Assembly (NCBI RefSeq): GCF_000018305.1
Contig: NC_009954.1
Coordinates: forward strand, 1,980,001-2,012,000
Reading direction: 5' to 3'
Length of the DNA: 32,000 nt
Origin: Caldivirga maquilingensis IC-167
Lineage (GTDB): Archaea > Thermoproteota > Thermoprotei > Thermoproteales > Thermocladiaceae
Position 1 is the stretch's first letter, and every line of letters begins with the position of its first letter. Below the pieces are notes generated by a model that had not been told where the DNA came from, made no database searches, and was given only the letters and a program-made list of their open reading frames with translations. The translations under genes were made by a program, and so were the position numbers. Of the stretch, positions 1 through 8,282 are shown one piece after another.

Positions 1-25
1 TTATTGACTCCTGCATTGTAGTTAA

Positions 26-346
26 GTGACGTTAATGCTTAAAAGCGTATACGCTAACGGCTATTTGATCCATATGAACAAGTGGGTTGCAGTAGCACTA
101 ATGATCTTAATGTCAACGCTACCGGTGTTGAATGCGCAGGCCACGGGTCAATCATATAATTACCTAGGGGCAGGGTTAGCCTTCGGTCTAGCGGCGGGTG
201 GTGCAGGAATTGGTATGGGTATTGCAGGCGCAGCCATAGCCTCAGCATCAATTGAGAAGAGGGACCTCTTAATATTCTTCCTGGTCCTAGCCTTCGTGGA
301 GACCATAGCCCTCTACGGCTTTGTGGCACTAATACTGCTTAGGTAA
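26..346 (+). CDS. atpK: A/V-type ATP synthase proteolipid (c-ring) subunit K
   Basis: The protein is a two-helix hairpin with a Gly/Ala-rich helix (GAGLAFGLAAGGAGIGMGIAGAAIASA) and a carboxylate helix (FVETIALYGFVALILL). The ATG at 74 (MNKWVAVALMIL) is a more plausible start than 26. An oligo-T run lies downstream at 379-383. Confidence 0.85.
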   Translation: MTLMLKSVYANGYLIHMNKWVAVALMILMSTLPVLNAQATGQSYNYLGAGLAFGLAAGGAGIGMGIAGAAIASASIEKRDLLIFFLVLAFVETIALYGFVALILLR

Positions 347-400
347 GGTTAAAGCCCTTCATTGTAAAAATTAATACATTTTTGATTAACTTAATGAAAG

Positions 401-452
401 TCAGTGCGTGGAATTCTAATCACCAAGTCCTTTACCGTCCCCGTCTCATCAT
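401..452 (-). ncRNA. Candidate C/D box sRNA (52 nt)
   Basis: The minus strand reads ATGATGA-gacggggacggt-aaag-gacttgg-TGATTA-gaattccacgca-CTGA. The C box is canonical, both spacers are 12 nt, the D box is canonical, C' has one mismatch and D' is degenerate. The region is intergenic and no ORF covers it. Confidence 0.35.
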
Positions 453-563
453 TAATGGAGAACGCACCACCCGCGCGGCAGGCCGCCCTTAGGAAGGGGC
501 TGGGGGGCTATTGACTTAATTCCCCTGGTGCTTATAAGCGTTTCCTCACATTCACCATAAACG

Positions 564-570
564 TTTATTA
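564..570 (+). promoter_or_regulatory. TATA-like box for the 594 start (leaderless mRNA)
   Basis: TTTATTA is centred about 27 nt upstream of the ATG at 594. Confidence 0.35.
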
Positions 571-572
571 GC

Positions 573-1037
573 TTGCACCTCACTAGGTGTATTATGGAGA
601 AGAGGCTTAGGCTGCCTCCTAGGATTAAGGTGCTGGAGGCTCTTTCAGCTATTGCCGATGGGAGGGTTAGGAGGGAGGGGGATCATTACGTTATTGTGTC
701 CAGTGACGGGTCAAGGAGCTACACAGTGTACCTTGATGAGGCTAAGGGGTTGGTTTACAGTAATGATAATGGGACAGTCTATAGGGGTTACGTGGGTTAC
801 CCAATAATGGCGGTACTCATGATGCTTGGCTTACTAAGCTTCAGTAAGGAGCTTAGTGAGGGTTTAAGGGGGATTCCCTGGAGGGAATTGAATGAGAAGT
901 ACAAGAACTACAGCATGGTTATGGATATTATAAGGAGGAGGATTGGGGAGGATAAGTGGCCACTCTACGAGAAGTTCATTGACGAGGTCCTGGGTGAATT
1001 AAGGAAACTCAACCTGAGGCTAATGGATAAGAAGTAG
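573..1037 (+). CDS. Conserved-looking hypothetical protein with a possible degenerate SWIM-like core
   Basis: A 154-aa ORF with the genome's typical purine-rich codon pattern. The likely true start is the ATG at 594 (MEKRLRLPP). I recognise no catalytic motif. Confidence 0.7.
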   Translation: MHLTRCIMEKRLRLPPRIKVLEALSAIADGRVRREGDHYVIVSSDGSRSYTVYLDEAKGLVYSNDNGTVYRGYVGYPIMAVLMMLGLLSFSKELSEGLRGIPWRELNEKYKNYSMVMDIIRRRIGEDKWPLYEKFIDEVLGELRKLNLRLMDKK

Positions 1038-1059
1038 AATCATGCGTAAGGGGTTTCAT

Positions 1060-1728
1060 TCACGTAACCCCCACTGTCCTGCTTAAAACACCCCACTCAC
1101 CCAGTAACCCACTCAACTTGAATTCACTGATGCATGAGTCCTGGGGGTTAATGAATGACTCCACTGCGCAGTCCAGGTAATTCATGAAGGTTCCCACATC
1201 ACCGTTAACTAACCCTCCATTAACCATGGTGTTCCAATGATTAACGAAGGCCCTGAACCTCTCCTTAGCAGCCTTAGACCCAACAGCGTACTCACTCTCC
1301 TTAGTTAAGTCAACAATGGATCCATTACCCACCCCAGGGCAGTAGCCCACAGCCTTATCATAAAGCTCAAAGTGCAGTACCTCCCCACTCCAGTGGTATA
1401 TGAATGGGTAAAATCTGCATGTTAATGGTTTGAAGGAGTTTATACTACATATCATTTTACCATCCCTCCATTCATTGAATATGCATGAACCATCAATCCT
1501 CTTCCTAAGCACTAGGTAATACTGCCCATCCTTAAGCCTAATCCTAGGTGATTGCCAGTCCCCGGCAACATTAGCGTTGTATAGGGCTGTTACTTGACTT
1601 GGCTTAAGCTTAGTATTAATGAATATTTCAACCAAATCATCCAAAGTCACGGTTATCCAATACCTCCTACAGCATTCACCGCAAAGCGTGCATTTGAACC
1701 TTACCTTTGGTTGAGTGAATGATACCAT
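1060..1728 (-). CDS. YkgJ/UPF0153-type cysteine-cluster (putative Fe-S or Zn) protein
   Basis: The N-terminal CTLCGECC motif (CxxCxxCC) plus later Cys residues (CIF, CSIN, CRF, CPG) are typical of the YkgJ family. The gene lies 3 nt downstream of the preceding gene on the same strand. Confidence 0.65.
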   Translation of the reverse strand: MVSFTQPKVRFKCTLCGECCRRYWITVTLDDLVEIFINTKLKPSQVTALYNANVAGDWQSPRIRLKDGQYYLVLRKRIDGSCIFNEWRDGKMICSINSFKPLTCRFYPFIYHWSGEVLHFELYDKAVGYCPGVGNGSIVDLTKESEYAVGSKAAKERFRAFVNHWNTMVNGGLVNGDVGTFMNYLDCAVESFINPQDSCISEFKLSGLLGEWGVLSRTVGVT

Positions 1729-1731
1729 AAT

Positions 1732-2592
1732 TCACTTAACCATGAAGTACCTTAAACACCCATTACTCTGCCTCTTACCAATCACTAATACACCATCCTC
1801 ACTGGCATTCAACACGTAATCCTCCCCCTCCCCTCCAGTGCATTGGAGGCCTAGGAGCATTAATGATGGGGCCTCCTCGGATACAGCTGACTTAAGCCTA
1901 CTGGCCAAGGCCTTAACAGGCTCCATTAGGCTTAGGCTAAGCGGTAGGTCAACACCCACTGAGCCCTCATCAATCTCCACAACCTCAGCTGGCTCAAGGC
2001 CGAAGGATTCACTGAATGATTTAACTAAGTCACTGTGACTCTCCCTAAACTCCCTACAAGCCTTAGCCGCCTCCTTAACCAAATCCTCACCATTAACATT
2101 AACCCCACTGGTTAAGTTACCTGGCTTAACAATAACCCTCCTGGCGCAGTAAAGCTTCAAGTCACCCACCACGCCAGCCTCACTGAACCCAGAGACGAAG
2201 TATAGGGCACCATCCTCAACACCAGGCCCCTCCCCCTGGTAACTCACCGACTCCTGGGAAGGCATGCAGAGTAAGCCTAAACTAACAGTAAATGGGTAAG
2301 TGGAGCCCTCACTGGGATTAAGCCCAATAAACCTGATTAATGGGTTGAGAGACTCATTACCAGTACCCTTAGACTGGGAGCAAACGGACTCAAGAACAAT
2401 TAATCCACCTTCACTTAAATCAACATAACTAGTATTAAAACCGTAAGTATCCTTAAACAAGGTAAAGGCACCGGATAAATCCCTCACAATACCTTGAAAA
2501 GAACCCCTAACCTCATCATTAACAATTCTAAGAAGATCCTCCACAAGTTTAACCTTACTCCCACTATCATCCTTTTCTTCCATTACTACCAC
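1732..2592 (-). CDS. Hypothetical protein (286 aa), first gene of a two-gene operon with the YkgJ-like gene
   Basis: A long ORF with coding-type composition. No family was recognised. Confidence 0.65.
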   Translation of the reverse strand: MVVMEEKDDSGSKVKLVEDLLRIVNDEVRGSFQGIVRDLSGAFTLFKDTYGFNTSYVDLSEGGLIVLESVCSQSKGTGNESLNPLIRFIGLNPSEGSTYPFTVSLGLLCMPSQESVSYQGEGPGVEDGALYFVSGFSEAGVVGDLKLYCARRVIVKPGNLTSGVNVNGEDLVKEAAKACREFRESHSDLVKSFSESFGLEPAEVVEIDEGSVGVDLPLSLSLMEPVKALASRLKSAVSEEAPSLMLLGLQCTGGEGEDYVLNASEDGVLVIGKRQSNGCLRYFMVK

Positions 2593-2997
2593 GTGAGTAA
2601 CAAACCCACACTTATAAATGTTTACATCAAGATAACAACCAACGAAACAACTAGTAATAAATCAAAATCAGCCAATAGCCCGTCGATCACCAATCACACC
2701 TCTCAAAAAACATCATCAAAAATTAACCACTAACTCCCTGACTCTGGCTGCGTTCAGCAAAAAGCACTCTACGCCTATAATTACGCCAATTCCTTAACCT
2801 AGGAACAGGACTCCTCCTAGGCTTGGCGGGAATCTTAGGTGTCTGGCTCCTAACTTTACCTGCCTTGGTAAGGCTGCCGTGGCTTGGAATTGAAAATCAC
2901 CTCTAACCTATGGTATCCTACCTAGAGTTTTTAAGCTTTACCCCCACCAGGAATAATCTTGGGTTGCGTAAGGTTTATTTAGTTTAGTTTTGTTTTT

Positions 2998-3918
2998 TTG
3001 GTTGGGATGGGTCTTAGTCCTGAGGAGGTGAGGAGGTTTTTGAGGGCTTTGGATGAGGATGAGGAGTTTAGGCTTGCTGTTGCTGCTAAGCTTGGTATTA
3101 GTGATGTTAAGGCTTCTATTGATAGGCTTACTGAGATTGTTGGTGGTGTTGTTAATGTCATTAACTCAATGCTTAATATACTTAAGGACTCATTAAGTAA
3201 GCAGGATAAGGTACTGGAGGAGTTGAAGGCATTGAGGGAGGGTGAGAATAAGCTTTGGGAGGAGGTTAAGGCAATAAGAGAAACAGAGCAGAGGCATGAG
3301 GAGGAATTAAAGGCATTAAGGGAAGAGAATAATAAAATATGGGAAGAGATCAAAGCAATAAAAGAGGAGAATAATAAAATATGGCAAGAAATAAAGGCGT
3401 TAAGAGAAGTGGAACAAAGGCATGAAGAGGAATTAAAGGCATTAAGGAGGGACTTTAATGCATTTGTGGAGTTGGAGGAGAAGCGTTGGGAGGAGCAGTT
3501 TAAGTTTAACAAGTGGATTACGAATGCATTAATGGAGATAAGGGATTCGCTTGGTGGCTTGTACGAATACTACACTGCCAGTTGGATAAGGGAGTGGCTT
3601 AGGGCTAAGGGTTTTAATTGTGATGTTAGGGTTAACGTGACTTTACCAGTTGATGGGTCAAGGGAGGTGGATGCGTTATGCTATGATCCATTGGTGGTTG
3701 GTGAGGCTACTGTTAAGTTGACTTCCATTGAGGATGCTGATAGGGAGATTGAGAAGCTGATACTGAATATTAAGGCCGCTGAGAAGTTAACTGGGAGGAA
3801 GTTGTACGCTGCTGTTCTTGCAGTGGAGACTTTACCTAATGAGATTGCCCAGTACTTGAGAACTAAGACTAAGGAATTGGGGATAATTCTAGTGTTGGGG
3901 AGGGAATATACGTGGTGA
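2998..3918 (+). CDS. Coiled-coil protein with a C-terminal PD-(D/E)xK-like nuclease-fold domain
   Basis: The central region is heptad-rich (EELKALRE..NKIWEEIKAI repeats). The C-terminal segment REVDALCYDPLVVGEATVKL fits a D...ExK pattern. The ATG at 3007 (MGLSPEEVRRFL) is a likely start. Confidence 0.7.
   Translation: MVGMGLSPEEVRRFLRALDEDEEFRLAVAAKLGISDVKASIDRLTEIVGGVVNVINSMLNILKDSLSKQDKVLEELKALREGENKLWEEVKAIRETEQRHEEELKALREENNKIWEEIKAIKEENNKIWQEIKALREVEQRHEEELKALRRDFNAFVELEEKRWEEQFKFNKWITNALMEIRDSLGGLYEYYTASWIREWLRAKGFNCDVRVNVTLPVDGSREVDALCYDPLVVGEATVKLTSIEDADREIEKLILNIKAAEKLTGRKLYAAVLAVETLPNEIAQYLRTKTKELGIILVLGREYTW
3217..3450 (+). repeat. Intragenic tandem repeats encoding the coiled coil
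   Basis: GAGGAATTAAAGGCATTAAGG occurs twice and GAGAATAATAAAATATGG occurs twice. At protein level the ENNKIWEEIKAIK and EQRHEEELKALR modules are repeated (aa 74-151). Confidence 0.8.
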
Positions 3919-4035
3919 ATTGACCAATCTTCCCCACCCTAAATGGTGAGTCTTTCGGTTGTGAATGTGAGTTTTAATGAGTTTACGCAGTGTAGTGGAT
4001 TTAATGCTTAAAAATAAGCTAATGCCTTAGGATTA

Positions 4036-5856
4036 ATGGCTGATTTAAAGTTTTCAATATACATGACTGCACATGCTGCTAGAGATTTCCTTAATAATGA
4101 TGAATTATTCAAGAGATTCATTAATGTTGCCAAGTCACTTGGCGTTAGTAAGGTGTATGTTGAGAATTATAGGGATGGTCAATTACTAAGTGATGATGAG
4201 GTTGATGCAATGGTTAAGAGGCTTAGTGGGGATTTTGAGTTGGCTGGTGGTACGGCTATAGGGACTTGGGGTAGTGGTTGGTTTAGTTATGAGGATTATG
4301 GGTTTAAGGTGGCGTGTATAAGTGATGATAATAATAAGAGGCTAATAGCAGATGCAATGAGGCACCTGGCCGGTCACTTTAATGAGGTTCTTATTGATGA
4401 CTTCTGGGCTCAATGGTGCCATGGTGAACATGATGTTGAGTTATTCAACAGAATGCATGGCTTAGCCTTAAGTAGGGGTGAGTTAATGAGGGGTATTAGG
4501 AATAATGATAGGAGGATACTTGACCTATGGACAAACTACTCAGCCAGCGTACTGCTTGATGTTTCAGAGAACTTTGTTGTTAAACCTGCCAGGGAGGTTA
4601 ATAAGGGTATTAGGGTTAACCTTAAGGTTGCTGAATGGAGGGAGGACTTCCCACATAGGGGGTTGATCCTAAGTAAGCTTGCGCAATTATTCGACAGCAT
4701 CTACGTGGGTACGGAATCCAGGGAGGGTACTGAGCAGTATGGCTCCTTCCTAATAACTGAGTACGTTAGGGCAATAGTTGGTGATAAGCTTGGTGGTGTT
4801 TGGTTTGATACCTTTAATGGACTCTACAGTGGTTCATTAATAAGCCTAAGCATTTACCTTAAGCAACTATGGTTTAGTGCATTAACTAGTGTTAATGAAG
4901 TAGTGTTCTTCGACGCCTACTCCCTAACATTGGGGAATAGGGCTAAGTACATTGATGCGGTTAAGGCTGAGGAACCCATGCTTAAGTCAATGCACAGTAA
5001 TCAAACAGTTGATAAATTAGGCGTATTAATGCCGGGTATTCAGGTTAATGGTGCGGTGATTGATAGGTATGTGCACGATTACTTAGGGATGATTGGTGTA
5101 CCCTTAAGGCCAATTAACGTTAACAGTATTAAGAGGGGTGATTACGTTTTAATCACTGAGCATGCTGTTGGGTCGATTGATATTATTGAATTAGCAAGGA
5201 GGGGTGTTAACCTTATTGTTACCTCAGGGGCTGCTGAACTTATTGCCGAAGGGGCCTTGGGTTATGAGGGTTTTGAACTACTGGGCCTGGTTAGGGATAA
5301 TCCATTAATGAGCCCAGTAATAGATGCCCTATACCTCATTAGCGGTAACCACACTGCCTCCTACACGCATAGGAGGCCCGGCGCCTTCCCAATAGGCCCA
5401 ATACTGAATACTACTGATGTTAAGGTTCTGCTTGAGGCCAGTGATGGTGTGGGTAAGTACCCTGTGGTTTACGTTAATGAGTTTAATGGTGCTAAGGTTT
5501 ACGTTGTTAATTTAACCAAGTATCCACCGTACCTGAAGGATTACTACCCTGAATTAGCTAGGCGCATTATTAGGGATATTGCCTTCGAGTACGTTGGTGT
5601 AAGGGTTGATCCAGAGGCTTCAATGGCAAGTAACTTCTCACTAATACCATACGCCAATAAGCATCTTGTGATCTACAATATGAATGAACACCCAATTAAC
5701 GCCCTAGTAACTGTGGATGCCGCTAGGTTTAATGCATCCTCAGTGAGGGTGATTGAGGGTAGAGGTAATGTTAAGGATTTTGAGCTTGCTAACGGTAACC
5801 TTAGGGTTAGGGTAGGTATTGAGGGTGAATCACCATTAATGATTAAGTTAACTTAA
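4036..5856 (+). CDS. Large cytosolic hypothetical protein (606 aa), possibly with a glycoside-hydrolase-like multidomain architecture
   Basis: A long ORF with no signal peptide or TM segment. The functional guess rests only on alternating beta/alpha-like sequence character in the N-terminal half. Confidence 0.6.
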   Translation: MADLKFSIYMTAHAARDFLNNDELFKRFINVAKSLGVSKVYVENYRDGQLLSDDEVDAMVKRLSGDFELAGGTAIGTWGSGWFSYEDYGFKVACISDDNNKRLIADAMRHLAGHFNEVLIDDFWAQWCHGEHDVELFNRMHGLALSRGELMRGIRNNDRRILDLWTNYSASVLLDVSENFVVKPAREVNKGIRVNLKVAEWREDFPHRGLILSKLAQLFDSIYVGTESREGTEQYGSFLITEYVRAIVGDKLGGVWFDTFNGLYSGSLISLSIYLKQLWFSALTSVNEVVFFDAYSLTLGNRAKYIDAVKAEEPMLKSMHSNQTVDKLGVLMPGIQVNGAVIDRYVHDYLGMIGVPLRPINVNSIKRGDYVLITEHAVGSIDIIELARRGVNLIVTSGAAELIAEGALGYEGFELLGLVRDNPLMSPVIDALYLISGNHTASYTHRRPGAFPIGPILNTTDVKVLLEASDGVGKYPVVYVNEFNGAKVYVVNLTKYPPYLKDYYPELARRIIRDIAFEYVGVRVDPEASMASNFSLIPYANKHLVIYNMNEHPINALVTVDAARFNASSVRVIEGRGNVKDFELANGNLRVRVGIEGESPLMIKLT

Positions 5857-6811
5857 CCCTACCCATGTGATTAACAGCTAACGATGATGCAATCACTGAG
5901 GCGAAGTAAATTGATAATACATGTGGTGTAAGAGCTGTGGAAACATAGGTTACTGCTAATGCGGCTAGGTAAAGGTATCTCCTATGAAATGCTCCATTAA
6001 TTATTAGCGCCAGGACTGCGAAAACATACAACCCCAGTATTATTGACATTAATGGGACTGATGCTGGCGGTGCAAGTACCCCAAAGCCCATGGCGAACAC
6101 CATATCCATTATATGCTGCATGAAGAAGCTGTTCACTGTTAATTGGTAAAGGGGTAGTGAGATTGATGCTGAGGCAATAATAGCTAAGACGTACCCGGTA
6201 ATGCTCCATTTATTAACCTTAACTTCAATTAATGCCAATGCAGTTAGCGTTAATGCACCAATAATAATCAGTAACAGTGTTGGGTAGACTAATGCGGTTG
6301 ATGGAACCATGACTGGTATTAAGTAATACTCGGTTACTAGGTTAAGTATGTAGCTTACCAGTGAGGTTAATTGAAGAAGTATGACTGGGGCCAGTAGTGT
6401 TAATTCAATGGCTCTAAGTGATGTAATGGCAAGGATAATAGACATTATTGTTAAACCCCAAAGTATGATACTTAGTATTATCCAGGGCCATGTAAGGTAG
6501 TATGACGGGTATATGTAGCTTAACAATACCCCACCCCATAATGCGGTAATGATTACTATTAAGTAAAGTGTCTTAAGGGGTATCGGTACCTTAAATTCAT
6601 AAATTAGGAATGGTATTATTACTGATAAGGCAGCCACACTAAATGTTCCAGCAAGCCCCATTGTATTTAATACATTGGCTGGGGCTGGTGTGAATGGTAT
6701 TATGGGCTGTAGGAATTGCCTTAGAGCGAATTGGGCTATGAAGAATCCTAGGAAGATGGAGAGTAATGTATCGTAGTATTTAATGTTTAACTCACTCACC
6801 TTAATAATCAC
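5843..6811 (-). CDS. cbsB: Polytopic membrane protein, CbsB-like (cytochrome b558/566 subunit B)
   Basis: The 322-aa protein is almost entirely hydrophobic (about 9-10 TM segments). Its GTG start overlaps the stop of the upstream CbsA-like gene (GTGA overlap at 6808-6811). Size and gene order match the Sulfolobus cbsAB operon. Confidence 0.5.
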   Translation of the reverse strand: MIIKVSELNIKYYDTLLSIFLGFFIAQFALRQFLQPIIPFTPAPANVLNTMGLAGTFSVAALSVIIPFLIYEFKVPIPLKTLYLIVIITALWGGVLLSYIYPSYYLTWPWIILSIILWGLTIMSIILAITSLRAIELTLLAPVILLQLTSLVSYILNLVTEYYLIPVMVPSTALVYPTLLLIIIGALTLTALALIEVKVNKWSITGYVLAIIASASISLPLYQLTVNSFFMQHIMDMVFAMGFGVLAPPASVPLMSIILGLYVFAVLALIINGAFHRRYLYLAALAVTYVSTALTPHVLSIYFASVIASSLAVNHMGRVKLT

Positions 6812-8160
6812 CTATGCTTAATTGAGTAGAAGATTAAACCAATGGCCACTAAGGCAATCACAATACCCACAACTGCAACTATTATGACTGGGGCAGGTAT
6901 TGGTGGTGTAACGGATGGTGTTGATGTGGATATGGTTAATGGTATGAAGCTGGCTGATATGGACTTATCCCAACTGGTTTCACCAGCCTTACCCAACCAA
7001 ACCCCGAAGGCCACATCGTATGTTTGACCAGGTGTTAAGTTTACTGTATACGGCATTGGGGCTTTCAACGGCCTAACGAATTCCACAATCCAGTACCCAT
7101 CCTCATACTTGGCGCCGGCGTAGTTACTGAAGTAGCCTGGTTCAGGCCCTGTGGCATTCGGGTACCATATTCCACCATCTCCAATATCATATAGGCCAGT
7201 TTCATTGGTTAATAGGTCAATGAAGAAGCCGTGGGGACTTTGGGAGAAGACTGAGGCAGCGGCTTCATCAATACCGTTCTCCACATCCCATGTTACATTA
7301 GTGAAGTAGTTGAAGTTCTGACCCTCAGGGTAAGTGGCTCCACTTATCCACTCCCAAATGTCAGCCGCCCCTGAGCTTAATGAACCACCAGTGTACTGTA
7401 TTGTGCTGCTGCCTGTATAGGGTATCATTAATTGACCTAACTCACTCTTAACAACGAAGTTTGGGTGTCCTGCACCAATATTCATGCAGTCACTTGGACT
7501 TTGTTCACTACCCATGTACCACATTATAGCCACCCTATCAGGATAATAGTGACCTGAGGTTAAGTTAACGTAGTAACCGTAGAAGTATACCCCGTAATGC
7601 GGTGCGACATAAGCCAGTACATACTCCATTGGTCTTGGTGAACCCTTAATCACCGCGAAGCTTGAGTTAATCATGAAATACTTCTTACCAAACGTACTAG
7701 TCATTAGTTTAAGGAATGTTACGTTTAATGGACCATTGGGATTATAAACCATTGTCCAATGCCCAGGACCAGCTATGGCTGCTGGACCAACTAGGCTTGG
7801 GCCATATGGGTCAGGCCACTTCACGAGAATGAATATGTAGCTTCCATTCCACGCAGCCTTAACCATAATATAAGGCACCTCCCCGGAGGTGGGTACATTA
7901 GCCGGTATTGGGAGCATTTGAGTGGATAAATTGGGTACTAGGGATACGTTGAACCAAGGTATCTTACTCCAAAATGCTTCACTACCTGGATTCTGCAGGT
8001 TAGCGCTACCAACCACCTTATAAGCCATTATACCGGCTGGTGTTTGAGCTAGTGGGATTGGGTAAATCATGTAGATTAACCCAGCTGTAATAGCCACTGC
8101 AATTACTATAATCAGTTTTAGGGGTATTTTACCATTATTTAACACGCTTCCCTTACCCAT
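6808..8160 (-). CDS. cbsA: Extracellular glycoprotein anchored at both termini, CbsA-like (cytochrome b558/566 subunit A)
   Basis: The 450-aa protein has an N-terminal TM (LKLIIVIAVAITAGLIYMIY) and a C-terminal TM (VIIVAVVGIVIALVAIGLIFY). I count 10 N-x-S/T sequons and an Ser/Thr/Pro stalk before the C-terminal anchor. It lies next to a CbsB-like gene and is divergent from a Rieske/cytochrome b pair, as in the Sulfolobus cbsAB-soxLN locus. Confidence 0.5.
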   Translation of the reverse strand: MGKGSVLNNGKIPLKLIIVIAVAITAGLIYMIYPIPLAQTPAGIMAYKVVGSANLQNPGSEAFWSKIPWFNVSLVPNLSTQMLPIPANVPTSGEVPYIMVKAAWNGSYIFILVKWPDPYGPSLVGPAAIAGPGHWTMVYNPNGPLNVTFLKLMTSTFGKKYFMINSSFAVIKGSPRPMEYVLAYVAPHYGVYFYGYYVNLTSGHYYPDRVAIMWYMGSEQSPSDCMNIGAGHPNFVVKSELGQLMIPYTGSSTIQYTGGSLSSGAADIWEWISGATYPEGQNFNYFTNVTWDVENGIDEAAASVFSQSPHGFFIDLLTNETGLYDIGDGGIWYPNATGPEPGYFSNYAGAKYEDGYWIVEFVRPLKAPMPYTVNLTPGQTYDVAFGVWLGKAGETSWDKSISASFIPLTISTSTPSVTPPIPAPVIIVAVVGIVIALVAIGLIFYSIKHR

Positions 8161-8184
8161 GTACTAACTTTGGCTCGGCTCCGA

Positions 8185-8192
8185 TTTTTAAG
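8185..8192 (-). promoter_or_regulatory. TATA-like box for the cbsA-like gene
   Basis: The minus strand reads TTAAAAAT, centred about 28 nt upstream of the ATG at 8160. Confidence 0.35.
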
Positions 8193-8222
8193 CTTTACCT
8201 AATATTAAATACTATATTTACT

Positions 8223-8257
8223 TGGAATTAAACTAGAATAAATCTGGAATTAAACTA
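8223..8257. promoter_or_regulatory. Direct repeat TGGAATTAAACTA x2 in the divergent respiratory promoter region
   Basis: Exact 13-bp copies lie at 8223-8235 and 8245-8257, offset by 22 bp (two helical turns), between the two TATA-like boxes. Confidence 0.4.
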
Positions 8258-8282
8258 CACTTTACTTCCTACTTATTCATAG

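Noticed and set aside
391-410. GAAAGTC string resembling the CR-I element of RNase P RNA
   Set aside because: It is only a 7-nt match. No CR-IV or CR-V partners or P4 pairing could be found nearby, and the same bases are better explained as flank and D box of the C/D candidate on the other strand.
484-508. Anticodon-arm-like hairpin (CCCTT-AGG-AAGGG) as a possible tRNA or split-tRNA fragment
   Set aside because: The stem-loop geometry is wrong for an anticodon arm, which needs 5 bp plus a 7-nt loop. No D-arm or T-arm (GTTCRAATC) consensus occurs on either strand.
2668-2719. Second C/D box-like pattern on the minus strand (TGATGA ... TGATCG-12 nt-CTGA)
   Set aside because: The first guide would contain a T6 run (TGTTTTTTGAGA), which should terminate archaeal transcription. 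The 5' purine of the C box and the D' box are also missing.
2494-2733. 79-aa plus-strand ORF spanning the start of the 1732-2592 gene and the A/C-rich upstream region
   Set aside because: The product is low-complexity (Asn/Thr/Ser/Lys/Ile). The ORF overlaps the 5' end of a real gene on the other strand and has no promoter-like context.
2979-3512. 177-aa minus-strand ORF
   Set aside because: It is the antisense shadow of the coiled-coil gene at 2998-3918. The product is low-complexity and Ser/Leu-rich, and the frame is open only because the sense repeats lack reverse-strand stops.
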